DNA of 64,000 nt, taken from the NCBI GenBank assembly GCA_964188305.1, contig OZ076885.1; one strand, written 5' to 3'. Positions 58,778 to 64,000 of the stretch are shown here, piece after piece. This stretch comes from Podarcis bocagei. Taxonomy: Eukaryota. Below the pieces are notes generated by a model, which made no database searches, was not told the DNA's origin, and saw nothing but the letters and a program-made list of their open reading frames with translations. Positions within the stretch are counted from its first letter, which is position 1, and each line of letters begins with the position of its first letter. A program made the translations under genes and the position numbers.

Positions 58778-60110
58778 ACATAACATAACATGACATAAGA
58801 ATAGCCTGCTGCATCAGACCAGCATCCTGTTCTCAGAGTGGCCAATCAGATTCCTATGGGAAACCGGGGAGCAGAACATGATCAAAAGGGCCCTCTACCC
58901 TCCTGTTGTTTCCAGCAACTGGTATTCAGAAGCCCAGGCTGCTTCCAGCTGTGGAGGTAGAGCATAGCCATCATGACTAGCAGCCATTGACAGCCTCCTC
59001 CACCATGAATTTGTCAACCCTCTTTTAAAGCCATCCTGCTTGGCGGCCATCAGTGCCTCTGGGGGGAGTGAGTTCTATAGTTGGACCATGTGCTGCATTT
59101 ATAGGTACTTTCTATTATCTGTCCTAAATTTTCCAACATTCAGCTTCATTGGATGGCCACAAGTTCTAGTGTTATGAGGGTGAGAAACTTTCTCTAGTGT
59201 TTTTCTCCATGCCTTGCATAATTTTATAAATTTCTACCATGTCACCTATTACTTGCTATTTCTCCAAGCTAAAAAGTCTCAAGCGTACAACCTTTCTTCA
59301 CAGAGGAGTCAGCCCCTTGATTAGTTTAGTTGCCCCTTTCTGAACCTTTGCCATCTCTAAAATATCCTCTAAGAGATGAAGGGATCAGAACTGTACACCA
59401 AATACGGTCACACCATATATTTGCATAACAGCATTATCCCAGTAGTGATATATGGAAGTGAGAGCTGGACCATAAAGAAGGCTGATCACCGAAGAATTGA
59501 TGCTTTTGAATTCTGGTGGTGGAGGAGACTCTTGAGAGTCCCATGGACTGCAAGAAGATCAAACCTATCCATTCTTAAGGAAATCAGCCCTGAGTGCTCA
59601 CTGGAAGGACAGATCCTGAAGCTGAGGCTCCAATACTTTGGCCACCTCATGAGAAGAGAAGACTCCCTGGAAAAGACCCTGATGCTGGGAAAGATTGAGG
59701 GCACAAGGAGAAGGGGACGACAGAGGACGAGATGGTTGGATAGTGTTCTCGAAGCTACCAGCATGAGTTTGACCAAACTGTGGGAGGCAGTGGAAGACAG
59801 GAGTGCCTGGCGTGCTCTGGTCCATGGGGTCACGAAGAGTTGGACACGACTAAACAACAACAACAACAACAACAATTATTATATTGACATTTTTATTTTC
59901 CTTTCCTTTCCTAATGATGCCTAGAATAGAATTTGGCTTTGTCATGACCACCACACACTGGGTTGACATCTTCATTGAGCTATATACTATGACCCCAAGA
60001 TTTCACTCCTGGTCCGACACCACCAGTTCAGACCCCATGAGCATGTATGTAAAATTAAGATCTTTTTGCTGCAACATGCATTCACTTTGTTCTTGTTTAC
60101 ACTGAATTGC
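58778..60110 (-). mobile_element. CR1 LINE 3' portion, interrupted by BovB
   Basis: acataac/acataag tail, then CR1 3'UTR and ORF2-like sequence that resumes directly after the BovB insert. Confidence 0.8.
59438..59874 (+). mobile_element. RTE/BovB LINE, 5'-truncated
   Basis: Stop-free PVVIYGSESWTIKKADHRRIDAFEFW...LEKTLMLGKIEG...WRALVHGVTKSWTRL, (CAA)n tail, attat on both flanks. Confidence 0.92.
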
Positions 60111-61039
60111 CCTGGAACCCTTGGAATCTCGCACTGTTTGGGGATTGGGGTGATGTGCAACAGTGTGTGTGTGTGGACACACACACACACACACACACAT
60201 CTACATTTTTATATCTACATTCTTCCCAATACAAGATAGAAGGTATTTATGATGCAAATCATTGCACCATCTTTAAATATGCATATAGTAATTGTTGAGA
60301 AAGCACTTAGCACAATATTTTGTACTATTTCTTAATGTATTAAAAATAAATTTAAAAATGATTTTCGTAAACTGTAAGATTACCTACCTAGCTCCATTAC
60401 TACACCAAGATTTATTGTATTTGACTGTTTTTAATACCACTGTGGCCTGTAATGCAATTAGAAAAGCTTTTCTATGGATGATGCAAAACTTCAAGGCCAC
60501 CAAATTCTTCTTCATTTGCATGCTGAAATAGATGACACATTTACCCTTGAGCAGTACTCAAAAAGAAGGATTGCATTTTCATAGCACTCCTCTACCTCAG
60601 CTTTGATATAGGCACTAGTCCTGCTGCGAATAAGAGCTTATTGAACCTTTGCTAATGCGAGACGAGATGCAAGGCTTCTGTCCTATAGCTCTTCCTTTCT
60701 ATTACATAAAAGAGACAGCATCCATTTAGGGGGAGGGCTTTGTTTTTGCTCTCTGTTTTCTCTCCCTTAGCCCAGAGATGAGGTGAACAAACAAAGCATC
60801 TTTCTTTAATCAACTGGCTAAGTGCCAAACGCCTCCAAAGGTGAAAGAGAGATTGCTTTTACCCTCAGAGTTCTGTATGCTTGTAAAGATTCATTACATA
60901 ACAGGCTATTCTAAAAAGAAAAGGGGACAGGACAAACCTCTCCTGTGTTTAAACTGCTAGGCCGCAGTTGCATTTTGGCCTTTTGGTGTCTGAATGAGAG
61001 TATAATTCCAAGCCTTGCGGTAGTTCCAACTCTACTTGG

Positions 61040-61515
61040 ATGACCATCTTCAGAGGGAGTTTTGTTCAGCCCTGTGTGGGGTTCTCCAGGGTTCGATTTT
61101 ATCCCCCATGCTGCTTAACAACTACATGAAACTGCTGGCAGGAGTCATCTGGAATTTTGGAGTGCACTGTCAAGAAAACATGTACAGTGGTACCTCGGGT
61201 TACAGACGCTTCAGGTTACAGATGCTTCAGGTTACAGACTCTGCTAACCCAGAAATAATACCTCGGGTTAGGAACTTTGCTTCAGGATGAGAACAGAAAT
61301 TGTGCTGCGGCAGCGGGAGACCCCATTAGCTAAAGTGGTACCTCAGGTTAAGAACAGTTTCACGTTAAGAACAGACCTCCGGAATGAATTAAGTTCTTAA
61401 CCTGAGGTACCACTGTACATTGATGATACACTGCTCTACCCTTCCTTTACACCTGCAGGTGTGGCACTGGCTGCACTAGACCCATGTCTGGCCTTGATAT
61501 TGGACTGGATGAGAA
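61040..61515 (+). mobile_element. L2-clade RT relic split by a MITE
   Basis: CGVLQGSILSPMLLNNYMK...Y|IDDTLLY...CLALILDWMR. Confidence 0.75.
61185..61415. mobile_element. Tc1/mariner (Tigger-like) MITE
   Basis: cagtggtacctcgggtta / taacctgaggtaccactg, TA TSD. Confidence 0.88.
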
Positions 61516-61775
61516 CAATTCCTTGCCTTGGCAAGGGTGGGAACAGGATCAAAACTAAAGGTGTGATCATGATACATTGCGAGGCTGGCTCCATGAAATT
61601 ACTCTTAACATTCATATGTCAGGAATGGGAAACCTCTGGCCCGTAGCCCAAATTTCATAATATTACAGTATTATTATTAATATTATCATCATTATTAAAT
61701 TAACATATCACCCTTCTACTGGTGATCACAGGGCAGTTTACAATACAAAAACACTTATACATACACACAAACAAA

Positions 61776-61779
<4 letters not shown>

Positions 61780-61847
<68 letters not shown>
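61780..61847. repeat. (TC)n(CA)n compound microsatellite
   Basis: Direct reading. Confidence 0.95.
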
Positions 61848-61850
<3 letters not shown>

Positions 61851-62699
61851 CACACACAATTTGCAAGGGCAAAGATGGTATAATTAGCCAAAGACCTGGG
61901 AGGAGAAGAATGGTTTTGCTTGGCACTTAAAGATATGTAACGAAGGCACCAGGCAAATCTCCCTGGGGAATGTTCAGAGGCCGTAATTTGGGCCATAAGC
62001 CAGTTTTTCACCAGCCCTACCCATCTGCCCCACATGGGGTGTCCTACCACCTGTGTGGCAGGTAAAGCCATGGTTATAAGGAACAATTGGAAGCCTTTGA
62101 TTGTGCTTCCTCTGAAAGTGGGGCTTTTAAATTTGGTGCTAAAAGCAAGCACTTCTGGGATTGCTTCCACCTGGAAACAGGGTGGAAAACTGAGTGTGAG
62201 ATGAAATGGAATGGAATATTGTGAAAAAGGCTGGCTGGCTGGCTGAAACACTGGAATATTGGCTGGCATACTGAACGCTTTGGTATAAGTTCCACTTGTT
62301 TATCCTATTTCCAGTATCACATCCAAGCAGCACTGAGTTTGGTGCGATAAGCATGCACCCAAAGCTGCCTTAAAATGACTTGCACGTGTGTTGTATATTG
62401 GCAGCGTTAACTAAGCTATATTGTGTCTGAGGATTCTTGCAGGGAAGCCAGTATATGCACACAGCCTTTTGATTTTGAAAGCACACTTTAGTCTGTGGTT
62501 TATACATCTGCAGCAGATGGTTCTGCTTTTAAATATATATACATATTAAACATATACCAGACTGCCTTTAAAAATAAAATAAAATTAGAAGGTCACATCT
62601 GTTTATTTTGAAAGAAAATGCTAGCTCATTTTATCAAGAGTTCTTTCCTTGAAAAGCCCAAGCTGCGAGTGAAAGATGCAAGACAGACAGCCTAGTACA

Positions 62700-62980
62700 G
62701 CAAAACATTGCTTTCCGCCCCCTCAAAAGGAAGCTGGTAATTCCTAGACTGATTGTGAGCCAACTCATGCCATATTCGATGTGTGTAACATATTGCAGTG
62801 TACATAACCCCTCCTTTACTACGCCGCACTGGCTGGGATACCTGCTGTTCTCAAAAACGTCACGCGGATTCTGTTATAAAGTCCACCACAATAGATCGCC
62901 GGGGCATTTGTTTCCATATAGACGCTTGGCAGCAGCCTGGGAGAGAAAGAAAGGCACGCAAGAGGAGACAGATCGGAAAG
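62700..62980 (+). promoter_or_regulatory. Putative NRIP3 promoter / 5'UTR
   Basis: Local CpG enrichment. CCGCCC 62715-62720, ACGTCA (CRE half-site) 62857-62862, TATAAA 62875-62880. Confidence 0.5.
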
Positions 62981-63148
62981 ATGTTTTACTCAGGGCTCCT
63001 AACAGACAGAAAGGATGTGGACCTGAGGGAAGCTGCATCTCTCCGACAACAGAGGAGAATGAAGCAGGCAGTGCAGTTTAACCACAAGGACTCGGCTGAC
63101 CTGCTACCATTAGATGGGCTGAAAAAGCTGGGGACTTCGAAAGACACC
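62981..63148 (+). CDS. NRIP3: NRIP3 (nuclear receptor-interacting protein 3) coding exon 1; gene continues beyond window
   Basis: MFYSGLLTDRKDVDLREAASLRQQRRMKQAVQFNHKDSADLLPLDGLKKLGTSKDT matches the NRIP3 N-terminus as recalled. Phase-0 donor |gtaaga. Lies downstream of SCUBE2 as in human. Confidence 0.93.
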
Positions 63149-64000
63149 GTAAGATGCTGTTTGTGTGTGTATATGTGTGTGTGTAAAAATCTATATCGAG
63201 AAAACATAAGATTAAAAGGATGGATTTAAAACATTTTAGTCTGTTGATTCTAGTAGTGTTTTAAAAATAATGATCTCTGTTGCCTTTGGAAGCCATAGAA
63301 AATTAGCATTTTAATTAAGCTGTTGGGGATGCAGAGGGAGGATAAAGACTGAGGAAATGGTGGGGGGAAGAGCTTTACATGAGATATGTTTTCTGTTTTT
63401 GTTATCAAAAATAGTTTATATTTGGCGGTGCAGCTACGTAATTCTGAACTCTGGACTTTATGGTCTTATGGGGGGCTTTTCAGATGGAAATGTATAATTA
63501 AAACACATCCTTCAAAATGTGGTAATAAGCCACCCCAGCTCATTCTCTTGAGCAGGACCCTGGACTTCTATCCCAAAGTCCTGTCCCTGACATAACGTTT
63601 ATATAGCCATGCTTGCAAGTGCAATCAAGCATCCTTTGCATTGTGATTTAAAAAAGAAAAGAAAAGATGGCCTTATTCAGCCATATTGATATATAGTCAA
63701 TTCAATGTATTCTGTACAAATGTTAGATATGTGAATTGGTCAGTTGGTGAGTTGATCAGATTAGGCGTAGTTTTGTAATAAGAAAACTGGAGATCAAACA
63801 CAGGTGATGACTTCCTGAGTTTGTACTTTAACTTCTCTTTATTAAGGTAAATTCCAGTCCTGCTACTTCAACATGGTTCCAGTTGATTTCAGTGAAACTT
63901 CCTTCCAGGGAACTGTGTTCAGAACTGCAGCTTTGGGGCCTTATTGCTGCATTGCCTGTCTTGTCTTTTGCAGATAGCAGATTCAGAATGGTACTAAGCA

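Noticed and set aside
59376-59924. 182-aa ORF as a host gene
   Set aside because: It is a truncated BovB ORF with CR1-derived ends; the antisense ORFs 59486-59875 and 59598-59825 are its shadows
61700-62269. 189-aa minus-strand ORF
   Set aside because: Runs through microsatellites (CVCV/ERER) and repeat relics; no domain signal

Overview
Vertebrate genomic DNA, almost certainly a squamate reptile (probably a lacertid lizard, inferred from Sauria SINE, BovB, squamate-type CR1/L2 and MITE content). The window holds a complete + strand SCUBE2 gene: 23 coding exons that I could join at GT-AG boundaries, 8555-55304, giving a 3099-nt CDS and a 1032-aa protein (signal peptide, 9 EGF-like repeats, spacer, Cys-rich repeats, CUB domain). 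It has a CpG-island promoter and is followed by coding exon 1 of NRIP3 (62981-63148). The AT-rich first ~5 kb may be the 3' end of the upstream neighbour (DENND5A by human synteny), but this is not provable here. Introns and intergenic DNA carry many transposon relics: a solo LTR with a 5-bp TSD, Tc1/mariner(pogo)-type and hAT-type MITEs, SINEs, and CR1, L2 and BovB fragments. The most unusual item is a Penelope-like insertion in the last intron that forms a perfect 74-bp hairpin and carries a minimal hammerhead-ribozyme core on the minus strand. I see no convincing new multi-gene system. Repeat family names come from recalled consensus patterns, not from a database search.
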